From an uncultured Actinomycetota bacterium (lineage in GTDB: Bacteria; Actinomycetota; Actinomycetes; Propionibacteriales; Nocardioidaceae): a stretch of DNA of 64,000 nt. The translations under genes and the position numbers were made by a program. The stretch covers positions 24,673 through 88,672 of the forward strand of contig CAVRSN010000012.1 in the NCBI GenBank assembly GCA_963723875.1, given 5' to 3'. This document shows, one piece after another, positions 52,339 to 61,677 of the stretch (the first letter of the stretch is position 1; each line of letters begins with the position of its first letter). The notes under the pieces were generated by a model, which saw only the letters and a program-made list of their open reading frames with translations, made no database searches and had not been told where the DNA came from.

Positions 52339-54372
52339 ATGGCTGAGCAGGGACGGCGCTGGCGCGCCTGGCGTCAACCAGGGGCCTGGTCCCTGACGGG
52401 CTACCCGGCACCCGGGCGGGTCACTCCCGGGCCGACGGGCAGTGTGCGGGTCGTGATCGTCGACGACTCGGCCGAGGTCCGCACCCTGGTCAGGACCAAG
52501 GTGCGGCTGTCCGGTGCCGCCGTGGTTGAGGGCGAGGGCGCCGACGGCGCCGATGCCGTCGACCTGGCGCGTCGCCTCCAGCCCGACGCAATGCTGCTGG
52601 ACGTCTCCATGCCGGGCATGGACGGCCTGGCGGCTCTGCCTCAGGTGCTGGCCGCATCGCCCGGCACGCGGGTGGTCATGTTCAGCGGCTTCGACGAGGA
52701 GCCGCTCGCACTCCGGGCCCTCGAGCTCGGCGCCACGTCGTACCTCACCAAGACCTCGTCGCTAGAGGACGTGGTCAACGAGCTGGTGGGCGTCGGTGAT
52801 GACGACGTGGCGGCTGTGGGCGCACCGACCGAGGCCGCGTCGAGCGAGGAGGAGGCGGGCGTCGCGGCGGGCGTCGAGGCTGGTACCGGACCGCTCGAGG
52901 AACAGGTCGAGCGGTTCCAGAGCGTGTTCGACGACGCCGCCATCGGGATGGCCACGATGACCCTCCAGGGCCGGATCGTGCGGGCCAACGACGCCCTGTG
53001 CCGGATCCTCGGCCGGAGCAGCCAGGAGCTCCTCGGGAGCGACTACGGGGCGGCGGTCGAGGACGAGCAGGCGCTGGCTGACGCGAGGACGGCCATCGTC
53101 GACAAGGGCGCGGACGTGGTGACGCTCGAGCACCCGCAGGTCGGCGTCGCCTACCGGCGCAGCACGCTGACCGTTGTGCGGGACCGCGCCGGCCAGCCGC
53201 TGTACCTCTTCGCCCAGTGCCAGGACGTGACCCCGCAGCGGATCGCCGAGCTGGAGCTGCGACACAGCGAGCAGCGGTTCCGTCTCATGGTCGACGCCGT
53301 CCGCGAGTACGCGATCTTCATGCTGGACACCGACGGGCTCATCACCAGCTGGAACGTCGGCGCGCAGCGCACCAAGGGCTGGACCGCGGCCGAGGTGATC
53401 GGCCAGCACTTCCGCCTCTTCTATCCGCCGGAGCGGCAGGAGGCCCGGCACCCGGAGTACGAGCTCGAGGTCGCAGAGCGGGAGGGGGTCTATCAGGAGG
53501 AGGGGTGGCGGGTCCGCAAGGACGGCAGCCGGTTCTGGGCCCACGTCACCATCACCAAGATCACCGACGACGAAGGCCGACACGTCGGTTTCGCCAAGGT
53601 GACCCGTGACCACACCGAGCGGATGCAGATGCTCGAGCAGCAGGGCGAGTACGCCGACGCCCTGGCACAAGCCAATGCCCGCCTCGAGGAGGCCAACGTC
53701 GAGCTCGCGGCCGCGGCCGCGGAGCAGTCCCGGTTCCTGGCGGTCACCGCCCACGAGCTGCGGTCGCCCGTCGGCGTTCTCAGTGCGTCCGGCCGGATGC
53801 TCGCGGAGTCCTGGGAGCGCCTCGAGCAGACCGAGCGGGACGAGCTGCTGGCCGGCCTGCAGAGCAGTGCTGCCAGGCTGCAGCGGCTGCTGGGCGACCT
53901 GCTCACGACGTCTCGGCTGCAGGCATCAACCCTCGACCTCGACCTCGCTGAGCGGGACGTGTCAGAGGTGCTGGCACCCGCGCTCCGGCGGCTCCGCGTC
54001 GCGCATCCCGACGCCGTGATCGAGAGCGACCTCGGCGACGGCGTCCGGGCCGTGGTCGACCCCGACCGGTTGGCCCAGATCGTCGACAACCTCGTGGCAA
54101 ACGCGGTCACCTATGGCCGAAGCCCGATCCACGTGGCCACGCGACAGGTTGGCGAAGAGGTCGAGCTCACGGTGCGCGACGCCGGCCCCGGCGTCCCGCC
54201 CGAGCTGCGGGACCGATTGTTCGAGAGGTTCGCCAGCAGGGGTGGCCACGGCACCGGGCTGGGCCTGCACATCGTCCGTGAGCTGGCCCGGGCGCTCGGC
54301 GGCGAAGCCAGCTACCACGCCGAGGTGAATGCGTTCACCGTCTGCCTGCCCCGGGCGGCGGCCAGGCCGTGA
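52339..54372 (+). CDS. Hybrid sensor: N-terminal receiver, two PAS domains, then HisKA/HATPase
   Basis: REC domain (VRVVIVDDSAEV...LLDVSMPGMDG), PAS domains (FQSVFDDAAIGM...; RFRLMVDAVREYAIFMLD), H-box HELRSPVG, G box GTGLGLHIV. The first 35 codons look non-coding, so GTG 52444 may be the true start. Confidence 0.85.
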   Translation: MAEQGRRWRAWRQPGAWSLTGYPAPGRVTPGPTGSVRVVIVDDSAEVRTLVRTKVRLSGAAVVEGEGADGADAVDLARRLQPDAMLLDVSMPGMDGLAALPQVLAASPGTRVVMFSGFDEEPLALRALELGATSYLTKTSSLEDVVNELVGVGDDDVAAVGAPTEAASSEEEAGVAAGVEAGTGPLEEQVERFQSVFDDAAIGMATMTLQGRIVRANDALCRILGRSSQELLGSDYGAAVEDEQALADARTAIVDKGADVVTLEHPQVGVAYRRSTLTVVRDRAGQPLYLFAQCQDVTPQRIAELELRHSEQRFRLMVDAVREYAIFMLDTDGLITSWNVGAQRTKGWTAAEVIGQHFRLFYPPERQEARHPEYELEVAEREGVYQEEGWRVRKDGSRFWAHVTITKITDDEGRHVGFAKVTRDHTERMQMLEQQGEYADALAQANARLEEANVELAAAAAEQSRFLAVTAHELRSPVGVLSASGRMLAESWERLEQTERDELLAGLQSSAARLQRLLGDLLTTSRLQASTLDLDLAERDVSEVLAPALRRLRVAHPDAVIESDLGDGVRAVVDPDRLAQIVDNLVANAVTYGRSPIHVATRQVGEEVELTVRDAGPGVPPELRDRLFERFASRGGHGTGLGLHIVRELARALGGEASYHAEVNAFTVCLPRAAARP

Positions 54373-55103
54373 CCGTCCGGGTGCTGCTGGTCGACGACGT
54401 CGCCGACGTGCGCAGGCTGGTGCGCATCGCACTGCGGTTCCACGGTGGCTTCGAGGTCGTGGGCGAGGCCGCGGCGGGGCTCCAGGCCATCGAGCTGGCC
54501 ACCCAGCTTCGGCCTGACATCGTGCTGCTGGACCTGGGGTTGCCCGACCTGGCCGGCCGCGACGTGCTCACGCGGGTGCGTGAGGTAGTGCCCGGCGCCA
54601 AGGTCGTGGTCTTCACCGGGGCCGACAACGAAGACCGGGCCTACTACGAGGCGAACGCCGCCGGCTACGTCCTCAAGAGCGGTGACCTGGACTACCTGGT
54701 GCAGGCGTTGGACGACATCGGGCGCACCGCGCACCGCATCGAGTCCGCCCGGTTCGAGGCGGACGTGAGCACCGTGCCAATGGCCCGTGAGTTCGTGCGC
54801 CGGTGGCTGCACGGGTGCGGTGCCGGGCACCTCCTCGACGAGGCCTCCCTGATCGTCACCGAGCTGGCGACGAACGCCGTGCTGCACGCGGACTCGCCGT
54901 ACGAGGTCCGGCTCAGCCGTACCGACGGCGTGGTCCGCATCGAGGTCGCCGACGGCGACACCGGGACGCCCGAGCCCCAGCCGTTCAGCGACGTGGCCGA
55001 GAGCGGGCGCGGGATCGTCATCGTCTCGGCGGTCTCCGCCTCCTGGGGCATCGACGCCCAGCCCCAGGGCAAGGTCACCTGGGCCGAGCTCAGGCCGGAA
55101 TGA
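54369..55103 (+). CDS. Receiver domain fused to an RsbW/SpoIIAB-like (HATPase_c_2) kinase domain
   Basis: REC domain (VRVLLVDDVADV...VLLDLGLPDLAG). The C-terminal region reads ARFEADVSTVPMAREFVRRWL...IVTELATNAVLHA...RIEVADGD...SGRGIVIV. Confidence 0.75.
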   Translation: MTVRVLLVDDVADVRRLVRIALRFHGGFEVVGEAAAGLQAIELATQLRPDIVLLDLGLPDLAGRDVLTRVREVVPGAKVVVFTGADNEDRAYYEANAAGYVLKSGDLDYLVQALDDIGRTAHRIESARFEADVSTVPMAREFVRRWLHGCGAGHLLDEASLIVTELATNAVLHADSPYEVRLSRTDGVVRIEVADGDTGTPEPQPFSDVAESGRGIVIVSAVSASWGIDAQPQGKVTWAELRPE

Positions 55104-55416
55104 CCGGTCGCGGGATCCGGCGCCTTGGGCCTGATCGTCACTTCGGCCTGACCCATCAGGACTAGTGCTGCATCCCCGATCGGACCATCCTTGGGCACCC
55201 GTTATCTGCCCGCACCGAAAACGCGGCGGGAACGACGTGTCGCGCGTTAGGTTCCCCTTGCTCCCGTAGGTGAACGTCCAGACCGGGTCCGAGTCCCCCG
55301 TTACCCAGACCCGACCACTGCGTTTCCCCTGCACGCGCACGCTGCGTCCCTCCCCCACAGGTCCTCTCGGCGCCCCGGCACCGGAGTGATCACAGCTGAA
55401 GAAATCAGGCAAGCTT
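55104..55416 (+). promoter_or_regulatory. Conserved upstream/leader region, copy 1 (paralogue of 61678..62070)
   Basis: Shared blocks are GGACTAGTGC (55159), CGCGCGTTAGGTTCC (55241), GTCCAGACCGG (55276), a C-rich block (~55324..55359) and CGGCACCG (55376). Confidence 0.6.
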
Positions 55417-58400
55417 GTGACTCCCTCCCCCCTGACCACGATCCGTCCTCGCTCCAGCCGCCGGTCCCGGCGTGCGTTCGGCCTGCTGGGCAGGCTCGTC
55501 GCGCTGCTCGGCGCGGCCGCGATCCTGGTTGGCCTCCTGCCGGCCGCACCTGCCACAGCGGCCGACGGTGCCTTGGCGCTGAGCGTCTCGATCACCGATG
55601 TCGACGGCAACCCCATCACGTCGGTGGACGCGTCGAAGGTGGCGGCCTATCGGGTGAGCATCGGCTACGGCTGCAACGTCGCGGACTGCACAGGGGTCAA
55701 GGTCAAGGTCGCTGCGACGGAGCTCGACCCGTACTACGCGGTGCACCGCAAGGAGTCCGTGGCGACCTACATCCCGCCGTACAGCCCCGCACCAGCGATC
55801 AGCGGCAACATCGCCACGGGATACACGATCGACCTCGGGACGGTGACGGCGGGCACCAACGGCGTGATCCGTCTCGACTACACCGTGAACGCCCAGGGCG
55901 GTCTCGGCCGCGGGAACTTCTTCCCGGACGGCTCGCCGATCGAGCCTGATGTCACGATCTCGGCGGGCAACGCGGTCTCGGTCTCGGACTCGGCGACGGC
56001 CAGCTGGGTCTCCTACATCCCGACACCCTCGCTGACGGTGACCACCGCCCCCGCGAGCGTGATCAGCACCGACCAGCAGATGACGGTCTCGGCGAGCAGC
56101 TCGTCCGGCTGCTGGCGGCTCTACAACGGGGTGCTCCGCAACTGGCCGCACTATCTCTGCGGCGACACGGGGCAGATCACGGTGCAGCTCCCAGCCAAGG
56201 CCGTCTATGTCGCCGGGAGCGGGGGCACCTATGACGCTGTCGCGCACACGGTGACGGTCAGGTCCGGCCCGAAGGCATGGCAGTCGGTCAACGGCGCGTT
56301 CAAGGTCACGTTCCCGAGCTCCGCCTACCCGACCAGCGGCGACGGCTGCGTCGTGCCGGAGACCTTCACCGCGAAGGACGCCACCTACACCTACCTCGAC
56401 GGCACCAGCAAGGTCACCAACCCGACTACGGCCCAGAGGACGGTCACGGTCGGCAACTGCGCCCCGTTCGCCAAGGCGGTCGTGGGCAAGTCGTCCTACG
56501 TCTCGGGCGGCCATTTCAGCAGCAACGTCTGGAACATCCCCGCCACCTCTGCCGGCAACTACAACGTCTACTGGCTCGTCAGCGCCTCCAACCAGGCGAA
56601 CGTCCCCGGTGTGGCGACGATCGTCGACAACGACCTCGACCAGAGCGACCTCCCGGTCACGACCATCCAGGTCGTCGCGGGCGGCCCCGCCGACATCTCC
56701 TACTCGCTGGACGACGGGACCCCTGGCACGGCGACGGGAGTGACAAGCCTGCCGGCACCCGCTGGTCGGCACTTCGCCTCCGCGACGGTGACGTCCGCTC
56801 TCCTGGCGGGACCGAACGTGAAGCCCTCGGACACCGGGGGTGTCCCCCTGAGCGTGCGGTTCTACTCGTCGGTCAAGGCCGGCGCCACTCCGGGGCCCCG
56901 GACCAACACCGCCACGGCCACGATGACCTACCCGGACTACCCGGAGCTCGGCACGATCACCGCCACCGGCAGCCCGGCGACCAGGACGGTCACTCTCGTC
57001 AACCCGGCGACGCCGTACAAGATCAACGCCAGCAACCTGGGTGCGGTGGTGACCGGTGGTGGCATCCCTCTGGTCGGTGGAGAGGTCGTGTGGACGGGCA
57101 ACGGTTCCGTGACCAACCTCGTCCAGGGTACGTCGCTGACCCCGCAGTACGTCTACCTCGCGCCTCCGGGCTGGGACATCAAGCCCAACGGCGCGTCGTT
57201 CGTGAGCGGCGACCCGGGTGCGACGTTCGACTACCGGACCGTGACCTATGGCGGCAACAGCCACAAGGCAGTCATCGTGACCTGGCCCCAGCCCACCACC
57301 AGCACGGGCACCTTCACCCTTCCGCAGCTGCAGGTGAAGACGACCCCGACCGGTGCCGCGCCAGCAGGGACGGCCAACCAGACCGCGTACTTCTTCGTCG
57401 GCGACGCCGGCAACGGGCTTGCGGACGGCTACGAGCCCACCAAGGTGACGGACACGACTGACATCGACCTGGACGGCGTGACGACGGATGAGTTCGCTCG
57501 GGGGGCCGGAACCACGAGCCTCGCCGCGAGCCCGGCCATCGGACTCGTCAAGGAGATCTGCCGGCCCGACCCCGGGGCCTCGGACGGCTGCGAGTGGATC
57601 GCGAACTCCAGCATCCGCGTCGGGGTGTCTCCGGACGCCGACTCGATCAAGTACCGGGTCACCATTCAGAACAAGGGCAACGCGCCCTTGTCGAACGCGG
57701 TGGCATATGACGTGCTGCCGTTCGTGGGCGACACGGGGACGACCACGTCGACCGCGGGCACGCCGCGCGGCAGCACGGTGCAGGAGCAGCTGAGCAGCGT
57801 CAGCGACGTGAGCAGTGGCGTCACGCTCGCCTACTCCACCTCGCAGAACCCGCCACGGCCCGAGGTGTTCACAGGCACGACGACGGGCGACTGGACCGCC
57901 CCGGTCGCTGCCGCCAGTGCGATCCGGGTGACCATCCCCAGCCTGCCTGCCGGCCAGTCCCGGTCCTTCCAGTACGTCGCCGCGCTCGTCGGCGGCGCTG
58001 CCGACCAGGTGGCCTGCAACTCGGTGGCGATCGCTGCCACCGGCCTGGTTGCCGTCGAGCCGTCGCCGGTGTGTGCGACCACCCAGGAGGCTGACTTCAG
58101 CATCGAGTCTCCCGACCACCTGCCGCTGCAGTCGGGACGCGTGGGCGTGGTGCCCTTCGTGGTCAACAACGGTGGCGGCTCGCAGAGCGCGAGCGGAACG
58201 GTCACCATCTCGGTGCCCGCTGAGGTCTCCGTGGCGTCGTTGACGGTGCCGGGATGGTCGTGCGCCGCGCCGTCGACCGACGGACCGGTCACCGTCACGT
58301 GCGACCCGGTCAACGGCGACGGCAGCACGCGGTCCCTGGCCAAGGACGTGCCGGAGACGATCCAGCTGAAGGTGAGGCCGACGGCCTCGGCCCCTGACGA

Positions 58401-61400
58401 GCTGTGCTTCGACGCGTCCGTCGCGGGCCTGATGGTCGACCCCGACCTCGACAACAACACCGCGCGGAGCTGCTCCACCGCCCTGTCGTCGAAGCCCGAG
58501 CTGCTCGTCACCAAGGACGACAACAAGCTCGCCGTGAAGGTGGGGGAGCAGTACACCTACACCATCACCGCGTCGAGCCGGCTGGTTGCCGAGTCCATCG
58601 CCGGAGTCGAGCTGACGGACACCCTGCCGGCCGGCCTCGAGCTCGTCTCCGCCAGCCCGGCTCCGACGTCGGTGGCCGGGCAGACGTTGACCTGGGACCT
58701 CGGCGCCCTCGCCCAGGCCGGGATCCCCGGTGGCGGGGGAGACGGCACGAGCGGTGGTCCGGGCTCCTCGAAGTCGGTCACCGTCACGGTGCGCGTGCTC
58801 CCCGGGACGCAGGACAGCCTGACCAACACGGCCGACGCCACGGGCGCCGACCCGGCCGACCCGGCGACGATCTTGGCGGCCTCCGACGAGGACGTCGACG
58901 TGGTGACCAACGTGTTCACCGACCTGGGTGCGTCGGAGACCACGCCCCACAACACCGCGGTGACCACCCCGCTGGTGGAGATCGCGTCGACGACCGGTGC
59001 TCCGCTGGACCCCACTGCGGTCACGCAGTCGAGCGGCCCGGCGCACGGCACACTGACGATCAACCCGGCAACGGGCGCCGTGAGGTACGACCCCGACGCC
59101 GGCTACAGCGGTGCCGACTCCTACCAGGTGCAGGTGTGCGACACGACGTCGCCGACCCCGCAGTGCCACGTCGCGACCGTCACGGTGCAGGTCGGGGTGA
59201 ACGTGGTCGACGCGGTCGACGACCCCGAGACGACCGACGCCGCCGCACCGGTGACCACCGGCGTGCGCGGCAACGACACGACGACCTCGGGCCAGCCCCT
59301 CGCCGTACCGACGATCGTGTCGCCGCCGTCCGACGGCACGGTGGCGGTCAACGGCAACGGGACCATCACCTACACCCCGGACGCCGGGACCAGTGGTGTC
59401 GACAGCTACACCTACCAGGTGTGCGACACCTCGCACCCGACCCCGGTGTGTGACACGGCCACGGTGACCATCACCGTCAGGAACGTCTACGTCGACAGCG
59501 GGATCGCGCTCACCACCCCGCAGAACACGGCGATCACGGCCCCGTTGGCCGACATCGTCACCACCGTGGGCGCCCCGATCGACCCCTCCAGCGTCACGGA
59601 GGAGACGGCTCCGCAGCACGGCAGCCTGTCGATCAACCCCACCACCGGCGCCGTGACCTACACGCCCGACCCGGGCTACTCCGGTCCGGACTCCTACGAG
59701 CTCGCAATGTGCGACGACAACGGGAGCGACTGCCACCAGGTGACCGTGCCCGTCACCGTGCAGCAGAACGCGGTCGGCGCGGTGGACGACTCCACCTCGA
59801 CCGACAGCGGTGCCCCGGTGACCACGAACGTCCGTGGCAACGACACGTCCGCCTCGGGCCAGTCGCTGGCGAGCCCGACGGTCCAGTCGGGTCCCGCACA
59901 CGGCAGCACGCTGGTGAACGCTGACGGCACGATCGCCTACACGCCAGCCGCCGGGTTCAGCGGCACCGACTCCTACACCTACCAGGTGTGCGACACGTCG
60001 CACCCGACACCGGTGTGCGACACCGCCTCGGTGACGGTGCTGGTGCGGAACGTCTTCACCGACCTCGGCGCCACCGAGACCACGCCGCACAACACGGCGG
60101 TCACCACGCCTCTCGGCGACATCGTGTCGGCCACCGGAGCAGCGGTGGACCCGACGGCGGTCAGCCAGGACACGGCGCCGCAGCACGGGACCATCTCGGT
60201 CGACCCCGCCACCGGTGCGGTGACCTACACGCCGGCCGCCGGCTACGCCGGACCGGACTCCTACGACGTCCGGGTGTGCGACACCTCCACGCCGACGCCG
60301 CAGTGCTTCACGGCAACGGTCGAGATCACGGTGGCGCCGAACGTGGTGGTGGCGGTGGACGACGCCGACAACACGGATGCGGTCACCCCGGTCACCACCG
60401 ACGTTCGGGGCAACGACACGACACAGTCCGGCCAGTCGCTGGCACTGCCGACGGTGACCGTCGACCCGGCCCAGGGCACCACCGTGGTCAACGGTGGCGG
60501 CACGATCACCTACACCCCGGCCGCCGGCTTCTCCGGCACGGACACCTACACCTACCAGGTCTGCGACACGTCGCACCCGACCCAGGTGTGCGACACGGCA
60601 GTGGTCACCATCACGGTGGCGAACGTGTGGACCGAGCACCAGGTCGCTGTGGTCACGCCGCACAACACCGCGGCGACCACCGCACTCGCGGCAGTGGCCT
60701 CGACCAGTGGTGCCCCGCTCGACCCGGCCAGCGTCACCGAGGAGACGGCGCCGACCCACGGGACGATCGCGATCGACCCCGCGACCGGCGCGATCACCTA
60801 CACGCCGGCGACCGGTTATGCCGGTCCCGACTCCTACACGGTCACGGTGTGCGACACCTCGACACCGACGCCCGAGTGCCGGGACTTCACCGTGCCGGTC
60901 ACGGTGAAGCCGAACGTCGTCACAGCGGTGGACGACGCCGCCACGACAGACGCAGGCGTCGCCGTCACCTCGACGGTGCGAGGCAACGACACCACCGCGT
61001 CCGGCCAGCCGCTCGGCGTACCGACCATCACCAGCGCCCCCGCTCACGGCACGACGACGGTCAACGCGGACGGGACGGTCACCTACACCCCGGCCGTCGG
61101 CTTCTCCGGCGCGGACTCCTACACCTACCGGGTCTGCGACACCTCGCACCCGACCCCGGTGTGTGACACCGCCACCGTCACCGTGCAGGTGGACAGCGCG
61201 AAGTTCGACCTGACCCTGACCAACCGGCTCACCTCGTCCGCGCACGTCATGGTCGGCGACAAGGTGCGCTACCGCCTCCAGGTCAGCAACCGCGGGCCCG
61301 ACCCCGTCACCGGGGTCATCGTCCTCAAGGACGCGCTCCCGAAGGGGCTCGAGCTCGTCTCGGCCCGCGGCAGGGGATGGGACTGCAAGGTCGACAAGGG

Positions 61401-61677
61401 CTCCGACAAGGTCACCTGCACCTGGACCCACGGTGCGGGCGCGAAGGCCGGCGCGAGCCTCGCGGCCGGACAGAAGGCCTCGCCGGTGATCGTGGTGGGG
61501 AAGGCCACCAAGAGGGCCGTCGGCGTCATCGTCAACGTGGCCAAGGTGCAGGCATCGGGGGACGTCGCCGTGGCCAACAACCGGGCCAAGGCATCGGTGA
61601 CCGTCGCTGCGGTCCCCGAGCTGCCGCACACGGGCTTCCGGATCGACGCCACCGGACTCCTCGGCTTCCGGTGGTGA
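55417..61677 (+). CDS. Giant secreted surface protein: Ig-like/tandem-95-type repeats, DUF11-like domains, LPHTG near the C-terminus
   Basis: Signal peptide with SRRSRRAFGLLGRLVALLGAAAILVGLLPAAPATA. The motifs ...YxVCDTSHPTPVCDTATVT... and AVDDxxxTDxxxPVTTxVRGNDT alternate repeatedly. The C-terminus reads ELPHTGFRIDATGLLGFRW*. Confidence 0.85.
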   Translation: MTPSPLTTIRPRSSRRSRRAFGLLGRLVALLGAAAILVGLLPAAPATAADGALALSVSITDVDGNPITSVDASKVAAYRVSIGYGCNVADCTGVKVKVAATELDPYYAVHRKESVATYIPPYSPAPAISGNIATGYTIDLGTVTAGTNGVIRLDYTVNAQGGLGRGNFFPDGSPIEPDVTISAGNAVSVSDSATASWVSYIPTPSLTVTTAPASVISTDQQMTVSASSSSGCWRLYNGVLRNWPHYLCGDTGQITVQLPAKAVYVAGSGGTYDAVAHTVTVRSGPKAWQSVNGAFKVTFPSSAYPTSGDGCVVPETFTAKDATYTYLDGTSKVTNPTTAQRTVTVGNCAPFAKAVVGKSSYVSGGHFSSNVWNIPATSAGNYNVYWLVSASNQANVPGVATIVDNDLDQSDLPVTTIQVVAGGPADISYSLDDGTPGTATGVTSLPAPAGRHFASATVTSALLAGPNVKPSDTGGVPLSVRFYSSVKAGATPGPRTNTATATMTYPDYPELGTITATGSPATRTVTLVNPATPYKINASNLGAVVTGGGIPLVGGEVVWTGNGSVTNLVQGTSLTPQYVYLAPPGWDIKPNGASFVSGDPGATFDYRTVTYGGNSHKAVIVTWPQPTTSTGTFTLPQLQVKTTPTGAAPAGTANQTAYFFVGDAGNGLADGYEPTKVTDTTDIDLDGVTTDEFARGAGTTSLAASPAIGLVKEICRPDPGASDGCEWIANSSIRVGVSPDADSIKYRVTIQNKGNAPLSNAVAYDVLPFVGDTGTTTSTAGTPRGSTVQEQLSSVSDVSSGVTLAYSTSQNPPRPEVFTGTTTGDWTAPVAAASAIRVTIPSLPAGQSRSFQYVAALVGGAADQVACNSVAIAATGLVAVEPSPVCATTQEADFSIESPDHLPLQSGRVGVVPFVVNNGGGSQSASGTVTISVPAEVSVASLTVPGWSCAAPSTDGPVTVTCDPVNGDGSTRSLAKDVPETIQLKVRPTASAPDELCFDASVAGLMVDPDLDNNTARSCSTALSSKPELLVTKDDNKLAVKVGEQYTYTITASSRLVAESIAGVELTDTLPAGLELVSASPAPTSVAGQTLTWDLGALAQAGIPGGGGDGTSGGPGSSKSVTVTVRVLPGTQDSLTNTADATGADPADPATILAASDEDVDVVTNVFTDLGASETTPHNTAVTTPLVEIASTTGAPLDPTAVTQSSGPAHGTLTINPATGAVRYDPDAGYSGADSYQVQVCDTTSPTPQCHVATVTVQVGVNVVDAVDDPETTDAAAPVTTGVRGNDTTTSGQPLAVPTIVSPPSDGTVAVNGNGTITYTPDAGTSGVDSYTYQVCDTSHPTPVCDTATVTITVRNVYVDSGIALTTPQNTAITAPLADIVTTVGAPIDPSSVTEETAPQHGSLSINPTTGAVTYTPDPGYSGPDSYELAMCDDNGSDCHQVTVPVTVQQNAVGAVDDSTSTDSGAPVTTNVRGNDTSASGQSLASPTVQSGPAHGSTLVNADGTIAYTPAAGFSGTDSYTYQVCDTSHPTPVCDTASVTVLVRNVFTDLGATETTPHNTAVTTPLGDIVSATGAAVDPTAVSQDTAPQHGTISVDPATGAVTYTPAAGYAGPDSYDVRVCDTSTPTPQCFTATVEITVAPNVVVAVDDADNTDAVTPVTTDVRGNDTTQSGQSLALPTVTVDPAQGTTVVNGGGTITYTPAAGFSGTDTYTYQVCDTSHPTQVCDTAVVTITVANVWTEHQVAVVTPHNTAATTALAAVASTSGAPLDPASVTEETAPTHGTIAIDPATGAITYTPATGYAGPDSYTVTVCDTSTPTPECRDFTVPVTVKPNVVTAVDDAATTDAGVAVTSTVRGNDTTASGQPLGVPTITSAPAHGTTTVNADGTVTYTPAVGFSGADSYTYRVCDTSHPTPVCDTATVTVQVDSAKFDLTLTNRLTSSAHVMVGDKVRYRLQVSNRGPDPVTGVIVLKDALPKGLELVSARGRGWDCKVDKGSDKVTCTWTHGAGAKAGASLAAGQKASPVIVVGKATKRAVGVIVNVAKVQASGDVAVANNRAKASVTVAAVPELPHTGFRIDATGLLGFRW
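58911..61190 (+). repeat. Four tandem 570-bp (190-aa) coding repeats inside the surface-protein gene
   Basis: AACGT(G/C)TTCACCGACCT at 58909 and 60049 are 1140 bp apart. GT(G/C)TGCGACAC(C/G)TCGCACCCGAC recurs near 59421, 59987, 60559 and 61133. Confidence 0.85.
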
